Shown here: positions 38,978 to 52,599 of the stretch, one piece after another
How the letters are laid out: the number at the start of each line of letters is the position of its first letter
How positions within the stretch are numbered: the first letter of the stretch is position 1
NCBI GenBank assembly: GCA_002633005.1
Contig: NMRA01000764.1
Location: forward strand, 8,048 to 72,047
From: Phoronis australis
Lineage: Eukaryota; Animalia; Phoronida
DNA: 64,000 nt
Reading direction: 5' to 3'
Program-made: the position numbers and the translations under genes
Notes under the pieces: generated by a model
Told to the model about the DNA's origin: nothing
Databases searched by the model: none
What the model saw: the letters and a program-made list of their open reading frames with translations, nothing else

Positions 38978-39063
38978 GCCAGAAGTCCAACAGAAATGAA
39001 CTACAACGGAGACACGAGCCGAGAACAGAGAGATCTTGTTCATCAGCTAGAACTAAAAAACAG
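38978..39063 (+). CDS. DTNB: Dystrobrevin exon (QRDLVHQLELKNR, start of coiled coil)
   Basis: 86 nt, AG/GT. Confidence 0.92.
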
Positions 39064-40344
39064 GTGAGCATTCAACACTGAATGTGAGTTTATTACAAAA
39101 ATTAGTTTGAGTAGTTCAAATAGTTTATCTAGGAATCTCATGATTGTATAATATTCTTTAAGTTACGTTTTGTCCAAGTAAACTCATCTTCCATGAAGTG
39201 TTTTCATTATCTTGTTAGTAGGTGGCAGGTGTGTTCACATGACTGGCGCTAACCCCTCTGAGAGCAAATCTTGCCAATAGGTGGCAGGTGTGTTCATGTG
39301 ACTTGTGTTACCCACTGTCAGAACAAGTCTGGGTTAATGAATTTTATTTTTAGCAAACATTTCTCATAGCAGTTTACATGTCAAACATAGGTTTTAGAAA
39401 ATTCATTTTCATTTCCACTCTTAAGCCATTTGTTGAGGAAGTTTGCAGTGATGTGCTTACTTTCATGCAGTCAATAGATAGTCAACATTGAGTTGAGCTA
39501 GTTGCCTGGAATGTTGACTCTAAGTCATGTGAATCTAACTGAGTTATTTGATTAAGCTCTTGCTTTGATCTTATTTTAAGTGCTCAATTATTTAACAATT
39601 GATCCTAAGTGTTGATATTTTGATATGGGATAAAATCAATATTTTACATATTAAGGCCATAATATCCTGCAACTTTCTGCAAGACTTGTTTCATAAATAG
39701 AGATTGTAAATGACATTTGGTTTACATCGAATTGTTTGAATTTGGGACTTCAATTTATTTAGCACGATGATGTTTGTTTAAAATGGCAAGTATGGTTAAC
39801 CATGATCCTTGCCATTGGCTTTATGCAAATCATTTGATGTTGAGTTGTACGTGTGGACAGGGTTCTCTCACCTGTGGTATATGGGGACAGGGCTCTCTCA
39901 CCTGTGGTATATGTGGACAGGGTTCTCTCAGCTGAAAATGTCAGGGATGAGGTGGAATGCATTTGATATCAAGTAGTTGTCATTTAAAGCCATATGGGGG
40001 GAGAGAAATTAAAAGTAAGATAAACCAACTGAAAATGTTCATTAGGCCTAGTCTAGTGAGATCCATTCCAACTACAGTATAACTATCGCAGAAAAGATCA
40101 AGTGTTAATTGTCTAATTAGGGTAATATTTATGTCTTTTTATTTATTGTTTTTTTTTACTTTTATTTTCTATATTGTGGTATCCACTTTATTTGTTTAAA
40201 TCTTTCATCTATATTTATAACTGCCATTTGTGATGTTTTGGACCACGATTGATACAAGTCTGACTTTTTGTGCTGTGTTCCCAACTTTTACTTTCTGTAC
40301 TTATGTGAGCTAAATAAAGCATTGTTCTGCAGTGAGTATGCATT

Positions 40345-40670
40345 GTGTTGTATGCAGGCAGTGCATAGTGTTGTATGCAGGCAGTGCATAGTGTTGTATG
40401 CAGGCAGTGCATAGTGTTGTATGCAGGCAGTGCATAGTGTTGTATGCAGGCAGTGTATAGTGTTGTTTGCAGGCNNNNNNNNNNNNNNNNNNNNNNNNNN
40501 NNNNNNNNNNNNNNNNNNNNNNNNNNNNNNNNNNNNNNNNNNNNNNNNNNNNNNNNNNNNNNNNNNNNGTGTTGTATGCAGGCAGTGCATAGTGTTGTAT
40601 GCAGGCAGTGCATAGTGTTGTATGCAGGCAGTGCATAGTGTTGTATGCAGGCAGTGCATAGTGTTGTATG
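40345..40670. repeat. 23-bp minisatellite spanning a small N gap
   Basis: Unit GTGTTGTATGCAGGCAGTGCATA. Confidence 0.95.
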
Positions 40671-41326
40671 TTGATTTTGACTTGTTGAGCCTATTGAGTT
40701 GTCAGCTGATTACATGGTGACTGTGGATATTATGTATTATCAGCTGGTGATGGCTTTATGTTCATCACAGTCCATTTATTGACAACTGTCAATCAAGCTG
40801 CCTTCTTGTGTTTTAATTACAGTTTATTCAGATGTGTTTGATGAATTACACATTAATGAGTAGATATAGATGATGCAGCTACAAGCCATTAACTGACCAT
40901 CAGTCATTATATTCATGTGTCTAGTGTATACCATAAACACATTGCGGCTCTATCTTGTGTCAGGCTAATGCCTGCTCTTTCACTCCACACTTGAAGAATT
41001 GATTATGTATATTGTAGACTTCTTTTGGATCATCTGTTAGGAGTTGTCAGTTGCTATTTTATTGCTCAGTTGTCAGGACTGGTCATGTATCGTCAAGGAA
41101 GTAGTCAGTGTGATCTCTCATCAACTGACATGTGTGGCAGCTCTACTCACTTTGTGTCCAACCGACGCAAGTCTAGTGGTGCCCTTTATACACTCAGACC
41201 TGCGTCATCAGGGATGATCAGAGTGTTATCCATGCAGTCATCCGATTCCACTCACAGCTTACCCGAGTTGGGCTGTGTTATGTTGGAGACAAGAATGAAA
41301 CATGCAGAGACAATGTATTCTTTCAG

Positions 41327-41537
41327 AGAGATCATGCGGGAGATCCAGCGCCTGAGACTAGAACAACAAGAGGTTGGACCTTTCCCGGAGGTTGACGGCA
41401 CACCTAACCCTACCCTGTTGGCAGAACTGAGGATGTTACGTCAGCGCAAAGATGAGTTAGAGACACGTATGTGCACATTACAAGAGAGCAGGAGAGCATT
41501 GATGGTGCAACTGGAAAGTTTGATGAAGTTGTTGAAG
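41327..41537 (+). CDS. DTNB: Dystrobrevin coiled-coil exon ([12 protein letters not shown]...[19 protein letters not shown]...LMKLLK)
   Basis: 211 nt, AG/GT; very close to the vertebrate dystrobrevin motif. Confidence 0.97.
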
Positions 41538-43948
41538 GTTAGTTTTGCACTATCAATCTATTGCTTACAAAGAATTTTCATTTGTTTTTTCTGTTTCACA
41601 TATGTGGGAATGTATACGCATTAGGCTGAGTCATGCTGAGAGCTCCTTAAATGGAAAATTTGGGTCATTTGGACTAGAGCTGTTCTTGTCTACAGTCATG
41701 TTTGTGACTTTTTTGTCTGGTAATCATCTGTCAGTGATTCTTTCAGACATGTGACTAATGAATGTATGCATGTTCCAAGGCGTCCATTGTATTTTGCATC
41801 TGATTTGTCTTAAACTTCCTGTTATTACTGTGGTCACAAACCTATGTGAACCAGATATTCATACCTCTGTCATCTCTGTCTGACATGCATAGCTACACCT
41901 TGTGCAGGATATGTGAAATTTGCCAAGTGTGTTTCTATGAATGTGACAAACAATGTGATGGAATTTCGGACAAATTCAGCTGTTGCTGTGCCACCTGGTG
42001 GCATTGCCAAGTACTTTGATGGTTCATTACCATTTTTGGCTCATGTTTGTGTTGAAGTTGTTTGATCTTTGAACATGTGTCAGTTTATGAGCCCCCAAGT
42101 GATAATTTTAATGTTTTGGTGCATTTTTGTGCTTGCCTCTCTATTCGCTAAACAATTGAAAGGATTGATTTGAAACTTGAGACATACATGTTCCTGTTGA
42201 CAAAAGCATGGCTAATCTTTATCTTTGGAAGAATACTACTATTGCCTCCTAATGGCAGGTTTTTTTTGCGCCAGTGTTTAATTCAGCAGATTAGATATTA
42301 TCCATGAGAGAACAATTGCTTGCTCATTTCCGGACAGTTCTGTCTTGTGTGGTTTGTTCTCTAGAGTTAACACGTTTCATACCTCTCTGTCTGCTCACTT
42401 CTGGTCAGTTCTGTCTTGTGCTTTGTTCTCTCTGTGTGCATAGGTCTACTAAGTTCTCTGAATAATCAAGTGACTCTTTTCTGCATGCATGCATGCTCGC
42501 ATTTTACTGCCGTTTGTTAGATAATCTGGGCTTCTTGTTCATATTTCATAGCTCCACTAGGCCTACGGTGTTTATCTAAATGCAAAGCTACTCATTATAA
42601 TAAAACATAATCTAAACACGTATTCGTGTCACTTTCAGTGCTGTACATTTTGCCTCCATTGCTAGCGTACGTATACACGCATAACACGAACAATTCCTTA
42701 GTCGCAAAATTATTATTAAATTGTAAGCAGTAACTTGAACGAAACAATGATGATATATTTAGTCGTAATATACTTGTTCAAGACAAATAAACCCTCTTGG
42801 TAGTGTGTCCGGACAAACCTAAATTAAATCTTAAATGGTGTCCTAGTCAAATAGTGTACTAGTCAAGATGATTCTAGCGATGAGAAAAGCCACTCAAAAT
42901 AGATACAGTATTTTGTTCACTAAACGAGTGAGGATAGCAATTAACTGTAGACAAGGCAGGGAAACTCACGCCTGGCTCAAGACGGGCTCGCTCTTCGTTC
43001 ACGCCTAACTCAAGGTAAGCTCCGGGTACAGTCACGCTTAGGCTCACGCCAGCTGTCACGGTTGATTCACGCCTCACTCTCCGGTCTGTCTCCGGTTAAG
43101 CTCTGGTCTGGCTAGGCGTGAGGTAGCCCGGACGAAGTCTAATAATTCAGTGGCTGTACTGTAGTGTTTTGGATTCTACGGAAATGGCCCAGATATGGGT
43201 ACTTATCTGTCTAAGCGCTCAGATATGGTCACTTGCCTGTCTGGGCAGATATGGTTATTTTATTAAGTGACATATTGTCATTCATCTATGGTATCAGATA
43301 TGGTCATTTACATTCTGGACAGATGTGGTCATTTATTTGTTGTAGCATATGCGGTCAATTAGTTGAATGTCTAAACAAAGATAGTCTTTAATCTGCTTGG
43401 GAGTTTATTTTTGGTGATGTGATTTATGTTATTCTTGAACATTCGTCTAATTATAATCTTTTCATTAATTTGTTTCTGGTGAGATATTTGTTGTGTCTAT
43501 AATTATATATGTAGTTATGTCTCCAGTTATATCAATGTTTATAGTTATATGCCAGCCAATATTCTGTGACTGTGAGAGATGTTAATACCCTGACTATTCT
43601 GTGACTGTGAGAGATGTTAATACCCTGACTGTCTTCAGGCCTTATTTTAACTTAGTGCTAATTACTGAGTAAACGGACAATATGGAGAGATTAAAACTGG
43701 CCAACGGAAATGACAGGTTTAATCAATAGTGTTATGTGAAGAATTGACAGATTATTCTCTGTAGAATGTTGTTATGTGACTAGTAGTTAGATGTGAACAG
43801 TGCCTCTGAGTGTAGATAGCATGAAGTGAAATAGATAATTTGATCTAATGACTTTCTGTTTTATGTTTTGCCAATTTTTTAAGGGATGATGTTTATGTGT
43901 GAAACTAACGTTTAAGTCAGAGACCATTGTGCCCCACTTTCTCCATCT

Positions 43949-45151
43949 TTATGCGCCCACATATTTATATGCGGGCGCAGTATGCCATCATCTCCGTCCA
44001 TTCGACGTCCGCTGCTCTATTTCCGAAACTGTTTAACGTATGTTCATGAAATTTTGCATATTATTGTGCGTTCCCTTCATGGATGGGACGGCATGAGCGA
44101 ACATGCAGACACATGTGACTACTCATTTGGCCCTTGTGGCAATTTTAGTTTTTTACGCTTACCTCTGTATCTTCAAAGGTCCTCAATTTGTTTTCATATA
44201 ATTTGGCATATAGGCATATAATAGTGAGATGATGGCATCCTGTCGTTTTCGGATGGATTTGACGTACTTTGCGCCACCTAGTTGCCATTTTTTACTGTTT
44301 TCGAGCCTGTTTTTTGATGTCCACCCCTGTATCAACCAAACCGCTCTTAGGATGATTGTGAAAATTGGCATGTATGTTCTTACTATGAAGAGAACGACTC
44401 ATGATGATTTTCTGACGACTTCGACTACTGCGATGCCTCCTGGTGGCAGTTTTGTTTTGTTGTGCCCATGGCTATATATACTAAACCATTAGCAAGTGTA
44501 TTCATATGATGTTGACAACAGACGACTATGACTTTCAGACAGATCTATCTACCGGTGTGCCCCCTTGTGACAATTTTAGTTTTTTACATTGACCTCAATA
44601 TCTTCAAACTTCTTTTTCGGATTTTAATAAAATTTGGAATATAGGCATCTATTAGTGAGATGACACTATCCTCCAATTTTTGAAAGGAATCGAGGTATTT
44701 TGCGCTACCTAGTGACCATTTTTGCTGTTTTGAGTCCACCCTCTATCAACCAAACCATTCTAACGATGATTTTGAAAATTGGCGCATATGTTCTTAATGT
44801 GAAGAGGACAACCTTTTGCAAGATCTTTATTAAATTTAGTAAGCGTATTTATATGAAGCTAACAACAGACAACAACGACTTTTAGTCAGATCCAGCAAAT
44901 GGTGTGCACCCTAGAGCCAATTTCATTTTCTCTCCGTTTTCTTTTGTTTCTCTGAAGTTCCTTTACAGATTTTTATGAAATTTGGTAAGTAGCTTTCTAT
45001 TGAAGAAGCGATAGCACATTCCTGTTTTCGGGTAGATTGGATGTTTTTGCGCCATCTAGTGGCCACTTTTATGATACAAATAAACAATCCTAGAAGTACC
45101 CCGTTAGCAGTGCATTCGTGGGCGCATTTCAATGCTTTGCGTTGCTCTTGT
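43949..45151 (-). mobile_element. Helentron-like family copy (reverse orientation)
   Basis: TGCGCCCACATAT-TT-ATATGCGGGCGCA hairpin at left; GTGGGCGCATTTCAA...TTGCTCTTGT at right; T-rich flanks. Confidence 0.78.
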
Positions 45152-45499
45152 TATAACAACAACAGAATTTCTGGTTCATCAAAGATCGTTAAAAATTAAT
45201 TCACTTAAAATACCCCAAGGCTGATCTACGACTGTCTTTGTAAATGCATTTCTCACTCACACTGGGATAAATCGCACAATATGTCTGTGTCACAAATTCT
45301 TAAAAGAACGGAAAGTCACACTTTTAAATTACTATTTGAACACTTTTTCAAACGGACAACAACAGTTAAAGCAAGAAGGAAAAACAGCATTCTGAGATAA
45401 TTTGTCCAAGCTATTGTTGTGGTACTGGACTCAGTGTAACTCTAGTGGGTTCAGTGAATAATTAGCAAATATCCGTGTCTACTCAATTGCACATACCCC

Positions 45500-45819
45500 T
45501 GGCTATGTATAGCACACACCTCTGACTTATCTGTATAACACACAACCCTGACTTATACAGCACACAACCCTGACTTATATAACGCACAACCCTGACTTAT
45601 ATAGCACACACCTCTGACTTATATAGCACACACCTCTGACTTATAAAGCACACACCTCTGACTTATATAGCATACACACCTGACTTATATAGCACACACC
45701 CCTGACTTATGTAGCACACACCCCTGACTTATGTAGCACACACCTCTGACTTATGTAGCACACAACCCTGACTTATATAGCACACAACGTGACTTATATA
45801 GCACACAACCCTGACTTAT
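45500..45819. repeat. ~22-23-bp minisatellite
   Basis: Unit CTGACTTATATAGCACACACC(T/C). Confidence 0.93.
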
Positions 45820-45914
45820 TGGCCGCAGCTACAGTCTAACTCATGCAGCATCAGAAGGGCTGTGACTACAGTCTGATATTGTGTATACTCCAGTATGTTG
45901 ATGACATAGCGCTG

Positions 45915-46880
45915 ATTACTGACACCAAACACAATCTTCAAAATTATGTTGGATACTTTGCTCCAATGGTGCACCAAGCGGAGAATGGCAGTAATTGAAG
46001 AAAATACAACATTGTTCGCTATAGGCCTAAGTCTCATGCATTGGTGTGTTTTAACTTTGCCTTTGGAAACCTTACATTATGTAAGAAGAATAAGTATAAT
46101 ATTGGGTATGTTTTTAGAAGAACATTTAGATTTTGCATTTACATTGTTTTGACTGAGACTGCAGGGAGGGCTGTCGGGGATTGATTTCTGAATTCCAGTG
46201 CTTAAAGGGCTTGGGTTATCAAATTTACAAAAAAAAACTATTCAACTTATGCATCTGTCCTATCCTTGATTATTGTACGGGAGTATGGGGCCTGGGGCCG
46301 TAATCAGCATAGTAAATGTGATGCAATACAAAATAGGTATCAACGCTGTTTTCTAGGAGTCCAAAGATTTGCACCAAATGTAGGCGTTCAAGGTAGACAT
46401 GGCCTGGTACAATTTTGCCTTGCGAAGAAAAATTCAAATGGAATAGACTATAGAGGATAGTAGAGTTACTAAGGCGATTGTTCTTTGTGGTTATCAGTTG
46501 CAACAAAAAAAACTGGTCTTCAGAATTAAAATGCATTCTTTGTAAAGACCTGCAAGCTGAAAACACTTTTGGAGTAAGTTCTCTTTTGATACACAAATTG
46601 CGAGCAATATTCTTCAAAGGCATTTCAGGCTGACACCTGGTCAGACCTGATCCAAACAGTGCCCAAATTGAGAATGCTAAAAACTTTTTAAAATGCTTTT
46701 GAAACGGAACTGTACATTTAAATCTTCCACTAAGACCAATATTTGCGATCATTTCTTGATCAGTTTCGCTTTGGAATCACTCCTCTCAGAGTAGAAACGA
46801 GATGGTTTATAGGTTTAAAAGAACTTGGAGGACAGACTTTGATATATGTCACTCGAGACAAGTTGAAGATGAGAGTCACA
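45915..46880 (+). mobile_element. Decayed non-LTR retrotransposon (CR1/L2-group) RT C-terminal fragment
   Basis: Frameshifted pieces QIMLDTLLQWCTK, LG.FLEEHLDF, CPILDYCTGVWG, IQNRYQRCFLGV, and C-terminal IC..RQVEDESH. Confidence 0.7.
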
Positions 46881-47445
46881 ATGACTGAGGTTACAGTCTA
46901 ACTGTGTCAAATTGACTGTGATTATTGTCGAACTGTACAGTGCCACATTGACTGTGACTATAGTCTACACAATCTCAATCTGTAAGATTGAAACTTCAAA
47001 TGTGACAAACAACTGAAACATGTTTCCCTCTGTAATTATTCCATAAACATGGTTTTGATTACATTCAGTATGCATCACATTCAGCTCATAAATCTATTTT
47101 GGATCACAATTATTGATTTATTTACAATCTTCTAAGACGTACTTATATTTGACAGGTTTTAACAACACTGGTTTATTATAGCAGGAAGATTTAGTGACAA
47201 TATGTTCTTCCTGTTGTCAGCATGTTGTTCATCATATTGAGGTTCACTGAACTCGTAGTTCTTGTTTATTATAGCATCAAAGCAAAGTGGCAATAAATAG
47301 TCTTCTTGTTGCTTTTTGTAACCTCGAAGCTGGGTGAAAGTATAAACTTGTTGTTTATTATAACCTCAACCTCGGGTTGGACTACCACTTCGCCTTGTAA
47401 TGGAAATTTCTTTGTCACATTCACACCTGTAGAGTGCCTTGAGAA

Positions 47446-47697
47446 GTTTTCATCAAATTTAACATTGATATCATTTTCATCAAATTTAACATTGATATAG
47501 TTTTCATCAAATTTAACATTGATATAGTTTTCATCAAATTTAACATTGATATAGTTTTCATCAAATTTAACATTGATATAGTTTTCATCAAATTTAACAT
47601 TGATATAGTTTTCATCAAGTTTAACATTGATATAGTTTTCATCAAGTTTAACATTGATATAGTTTTCATCAAGTTTAACATTGATATAGTTTTCATT
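47446..47697. repeat. 27-bp minisatellite, ~9 units
   Basis: Unit GTTTTCATCAA(A/G)TTTAACATTGATATA. Confidence 0.95.
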
Positions 47698-48107
47698 TTG
47701 GAAGACGACGATGTGCACCCATTTCCATATGGATTTGGTTTCATTTTTGTAATCCTTAAATAAACAGACCAAGAAGTTTACCGTTTGCTCCAAGTTGCTC
47801 TTGTTTACGTTCAGTACTGGCCACAGTTTTAAAATAACCGCAGTCATAAAGAAGTCATTATAAAATACCCCCTTGGATGATGTTGTCTAATTCCCTCAGA
47901 CAGTTATCAAAAAATCTTGACAGGTTCACTTTGATTCACGGAATGCTTACCAGACTTGCTTCATCCTGAAGCTACGATAACCTTTGTCTGCCTCTAAATC
48001 AAATTCTTGTCTTCTATAATGAAGTTAATTGTGATTGCAGATATTTTGAAATGTGTAATCATAGTTATGTGTATACTCTGACTTATACCAGTGCTTGTTC
48101 TTTCCAG

Positions 48108-48234
48108 AGCCAAGAGAGGTCACCACGCTCAACTCCCAGCAGCCCCAGATCCAAAGTGCCAATGTCACCTCCACATTCCATTACACGTAATGTCACCATC
48201 AGTCCCACTACACCTGGTCAAGATTCGTTATCAG
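48108..48234 (+). CDS. DTNB: Dystrobrevin exon (SPRSTPSSPR...TPGQDSLS), proximal donor
   Basis: 127 nt to the first CAG|GTAACT; five more donor copies follow at 45-nt spacing. Confidence 0.88.
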
Positions 48235-48474
48235 GTAACTTTTCTAGTCCCACTACACCTGGTCAAGATTCGTTATCTGGTAACTTTTCTAGTCCCACTA
48301 CACCTGGTCAAGATTCGTTATCAGGTAACTTTTCTAGTCCCACTACACCTGGTCAAGATTCGTTATCAGGTAACTTTTCTAGTCCCACTACACCTGGTCA
48401 AGATTCCTTATCAGGTAACTTTTCTAGTCCCACTACACCTGGTCAAGATTCGTTATCAGGTAACTTTTCTAGTC
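48201..48474 (+). repeat. 45-bp tandem repeat x6 containing a dystrobrevin exon end and donor
   Basis: Unit AGTCCCACTACACCTGGTCAAGATTCGTTATCAG|GTAACTTTTCT. Confidence 0.97.
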
Positions 48475-48757
48475 ACCAATTTTGTGCTGTGAATAAATCA
48501 CATTTTTCCACCCAGTGTGATGTCAAAAGTGTCATTACCAAACCTGTACACAAAGTGAAAACACTCTTATTCACAACTAGCTTGTACCCCTCTTTATATG
48601 TTCACTAGTGCTATAAGCTGGTAGTTTACTTTGTCTCATCTTGGAATTACCTGCACTATCGACACACGTCAAGTGAACAGCTGATATTTTGTTTTGATGA
48701 AAAAGAACCTTGGGCAAAAAGATTTCTTTTAATAAATAGATGACAACTTTATATTTT

Positions 48758-50388
48758 TTGCGCCCACATATTTATGTAAGTGGGTGCGTGTTGCTATCAT
48801 CTCTGTCTGGACCTCCTAAACCCATCACGGGATCATAAAGAGATTTGGCAGATGGGTTCCTATGAAGCCGATGAGAGACCATGGCGAGTTTCAAACCAAA
48901 CCGCTCTGCCCTCTAATGGCAATTTTTGTTAATTATATTTGCTTCTGTATCTGGAGTTGCTTGATGTATTTTCATGAAATTTAGCGAATTGGTTCTTAAG
49001 TACGGAGGCGATGATGCCTTTCCATTTTCGCATGGATTTAACATATTTTGTACCGCCTGGTGGCAAATTAACACTTATTGAGTATGTTTCTGATGACTAC
49101 CTTTCTATCTGCCTAATCGCTCAAAGGATCATGAAAATTGGCAGATGTGTTCCTGGTGAGAAGAATGCATTTGACATGAATTTTTGGTTTGGACGGGTTT
49201 GACTATTGTGGAGACCCCTAGTGGCAATTGTTTATTTGTATCCAAGGCTGTATCTCCTGAAGGCTCTGGAGGATCTTCGTAAAATTTGGCCTATGTGTTC
49301 CTATGGAGATGGTAACAGATGGTGACAAGTTTCAGACCAATTGGAATTCACCTGTGCCCCCTAGTGGCAGTTTTATTTTTACATTTGCCTCTGTATCTAT
49401 GGAGTTCATTGGAGGATTTTTCTGAATTAGTTACTCATAGGTTTCTACTAATAAAGGCAACAACTATGGCTTCTGTTTTTGGTCAAATTAAACATATTTT
49501 GTGCCACCTAGTGGCCATCTCTATTATTTGGAGTTCGTTTTTCATACCCACCTCTTCATCTGCCAAACTTCTCAAAGGATCTTTATGAATCGTAGCAGTT
49601 GGGTTCCTGGCGAGAAGACTATGGTCGTCATTGATTCTTGGACGATTTGAGATTTGTGGCGTCCCCTAGTGGTGGTTTTGTATTTTTTGTTACCATTGCT
49701 GCAGCTTTTGATTCCTTTCAATAATGTTTGTGAACTTTTGCCGGTGTTTTCCTGTAGATGTGACAATGGCTGCCCATGACTTTGGATGACTCTGACTTCT
49801 GCTACTTTTTATTTTTGTCTCCGCATCAATGTTTTGTCTATAAATTTTTAATAAAATGATTTTCTATAATGAAGATGACAGCATCTTTTCAAATTGGGAT
49901 TTGATGTACACTACGCCACCTGATGGCCATGTTGATTATTATTTATCTGCTTTTTCTCATCTGATTTGCCAAACTGCTTAGAGGATCGCTATGAAAATTG
50001 GCAGATGTGTTGCTACTGACATAAATATGACTAGCGTGGATTGTCAGATGGATCCAGCTACTGTGGTGCTCCCTAGTGACATTTTTGCATCTGCGACTGT
50101 ATCTACTAAATGTCTAGTAAGATCACAATTTGACAAGTCTACTTCTGTCAACAACAGGTTGACGGATTCGGCTACTGCTGTGCCTCCTAATGGCATTTTT
50201 TTATATCTGCCTCTGTATTTTTGTGTTTCCCTGATGAGTTCTCATGAAATTTGACAAATAGTTTCTATTAGAGAGATGACCTCTTCGCAAGAATTTGACA
50301 TATTTAGTGCAATCTAATGGCCATTTTTATGAAGCACACTGCTTGCGTTACAGTTGTAAGCATATTGCAACTTTTTGCATTGCTCTTA
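48758..50388 (-). mobile_element. Degenerate Helentron-like family copy (reverse orientation)
   Basis: GCGCCCACATATTTATGTAAGTGGGTGCG hairpin; GCCCCCTAGTGGC-type monomer motifs; TTGCTCTT end. Smaller fragments at ~16540-16720, ~41830-42330, ~52060-52144 and ~55480-55720. Confidence 0.65.
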
Positions 50389-52599
50389 TCGAATGGATTA
50401 GACATTCAATTAATGTTCTCCCATTTACAACAGCTTGGTTGAGGTTAATTTTTTATTGTGGTCCTCGTCTAACTATAGCAAAACTCTCTTGCAAGATCTT
50501 TGTGAAACTTATTTCAATCTGATCAAACTGCCATGGTGCATCAAAGTAGCATTTCTATTTTTGAACTGTGTTTGCAGCTGTATCTACAGAGTTTCTGAAA
50601 TTTTGCAAATCGGTTTCTTTGAGTTCATTTTTAGATAACTTTGTGGCAATTTTGCTTTTGTCTTGTTCTCAGTATCTTCCAAGTTCCTTGATGCGTCCTT
50701 ATGTCACTTCATCAACTGTTGTAGCATTAACAAACATCAGTATTGTAAAGTGTCTTCAATGGATATTGTGTCATTAAGTTTGGTGTGTTTTTTCCTTCTG
50801 AACTTAGTCAAAGTTGCATCCGTGTTGACACCAATAGTATGTTGAATTCAGTAAACTCCTGTTTCACCAATGTGGATACTCTTCCATATCTTTTCTTGGT
50901 AAAGAAAATAGTGCAGGTATACTAGTACACGTTGCATCAGATGTGCACAGGCCACTCAGTTATGGCCCGTTGTATCAGACATATGAAACCCATGTACACG
51001 TACTAGACATAATTATGCACATAGTAGCTGAGAAGCTGGGACCTCACTCAAGCAGTGGGGTCCAGTGGGATTTGCACCCACCACTTTGTGTTCAGGACTC
51101 AAACACTCAACCCACATTGTATAGGAGGCTGGCCCTAAAAACACTGGATCACACTGATACCTTGTGTATAGTAGACAGGCACTCAACCCACTAAACTACA
51201 GTGCCATCTTCTGCACATTGCTATATCTATAAGATTGTTTTGGAACAGTACCTCACAAATTTTCTTGTTTTCCATACTTTGACCTAAGTCACCACATTTT
51301 ATTTGCTATTTACCACTTTTACCTTCTGATATGGCTTTATTATAATGTCCTTAAGTTGGTTTTTACTAGACTAACTGATGAGAATTGAAGAGGATATAAT
51401 CAGTAATCTCCTATTCCTCATACTCTGACTGCTACAATTTGAGTTAAGTGCTTGTTTGAACCAACTAGCTGGTTTAATTTCCATTTATTTAATAGCGCTG
51501 TTATGTTCTAAAATTGGATCAAAGGAATTAATTACACTTCATCTCTGTTGTTATAATATGAAGGAATTATGTCATCAACTGTTCAGTTGTGGCTTGTATA
51601 AGTTCTTCAGCGACTTGACCTATGGGTTATGCTTAGCTCTTCTTTTCAAAATTATGTCCCACAAATGGCTGGTCTAATTCAAAGGAAACTTTCAGATACT
51701 GAGATTTTTCAGTTTTGCATCATTTGGTATTGAAAATTGAGACTTCAATGTTTTAAAGGACAAAATATAAACCAAAAAGATAATTTAGAAGAGAGACTGA
51801 GTGTTTTCGTGATTTCATTGTGAGCATCTACCGTGCATCATAAGAAGTTTGTTCAGTATTATTTGTACCATTTTTGCTACGATTGTACCTTTTTTGGTAC
51901 ATTTTGCTAAAAAGCAATTGGTCGTGTGATAGCAAAGTTAACGCTTATAAAATGCATAAACTTGCTAATGAGTAACTCATAAATTAAATCTTGCTTAAAT
52001 GGCATAAATGTTAATTTTTGATGGAAATGTTAATTTTTGATGGAAATGTTAATTTTTCTGTGCTCGCATATTTATAGACCCCTCAGAAGCACAACCTTTG
52101 TGGTGCATTTGTGGGCAAATTTCAATGCTCCGCATTGCTCTTGTTAGATGAAAATTCATGTTGTTTTGTTGTTTAATACCATTTGGTAAAAGCCTATTGT
52201 TACACTCATATTTCTCTTTTTTCTTTGACTTTTTGTATGGTTTTCATTAACCAACGCACTCATGTTGGCAGTTTGCTGACCGTGACCTCTGTGTGTCTCA
52301 TAGTAAAACATTAACATGTTTACGTCATCAATTTGTGTCAAAGTAACACTTCTTGAGGGCCATGCTGGATATTAGCCTTTGGCATGTTTTACATTTATTG
52401 TATTTTTATCCTCTTTAAATAAAGTTTATTATTATTATTATTGGTCTTAGTGGTGGTAATTAGTCTGCGTATTAGCTTTAAAGTTTGTGGCAGTTGTATA
52501 TCATGGGTATTGTTAGCACAGAATAGGCCTTTTGAAATTGTCATGAAATGCCAGTAAGTGAAAGTAGTTCTTTGTGATCCCTTCTCTCAGTCATTCAAT

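Noticed and set aside
41025-41326. N-terminal part of the 199-aa ORF as dystrobrevin coding sequence
   Set aside because: Homology starts only after the TTTCAG acceptor at 41326; the upstream part is intron read-through.
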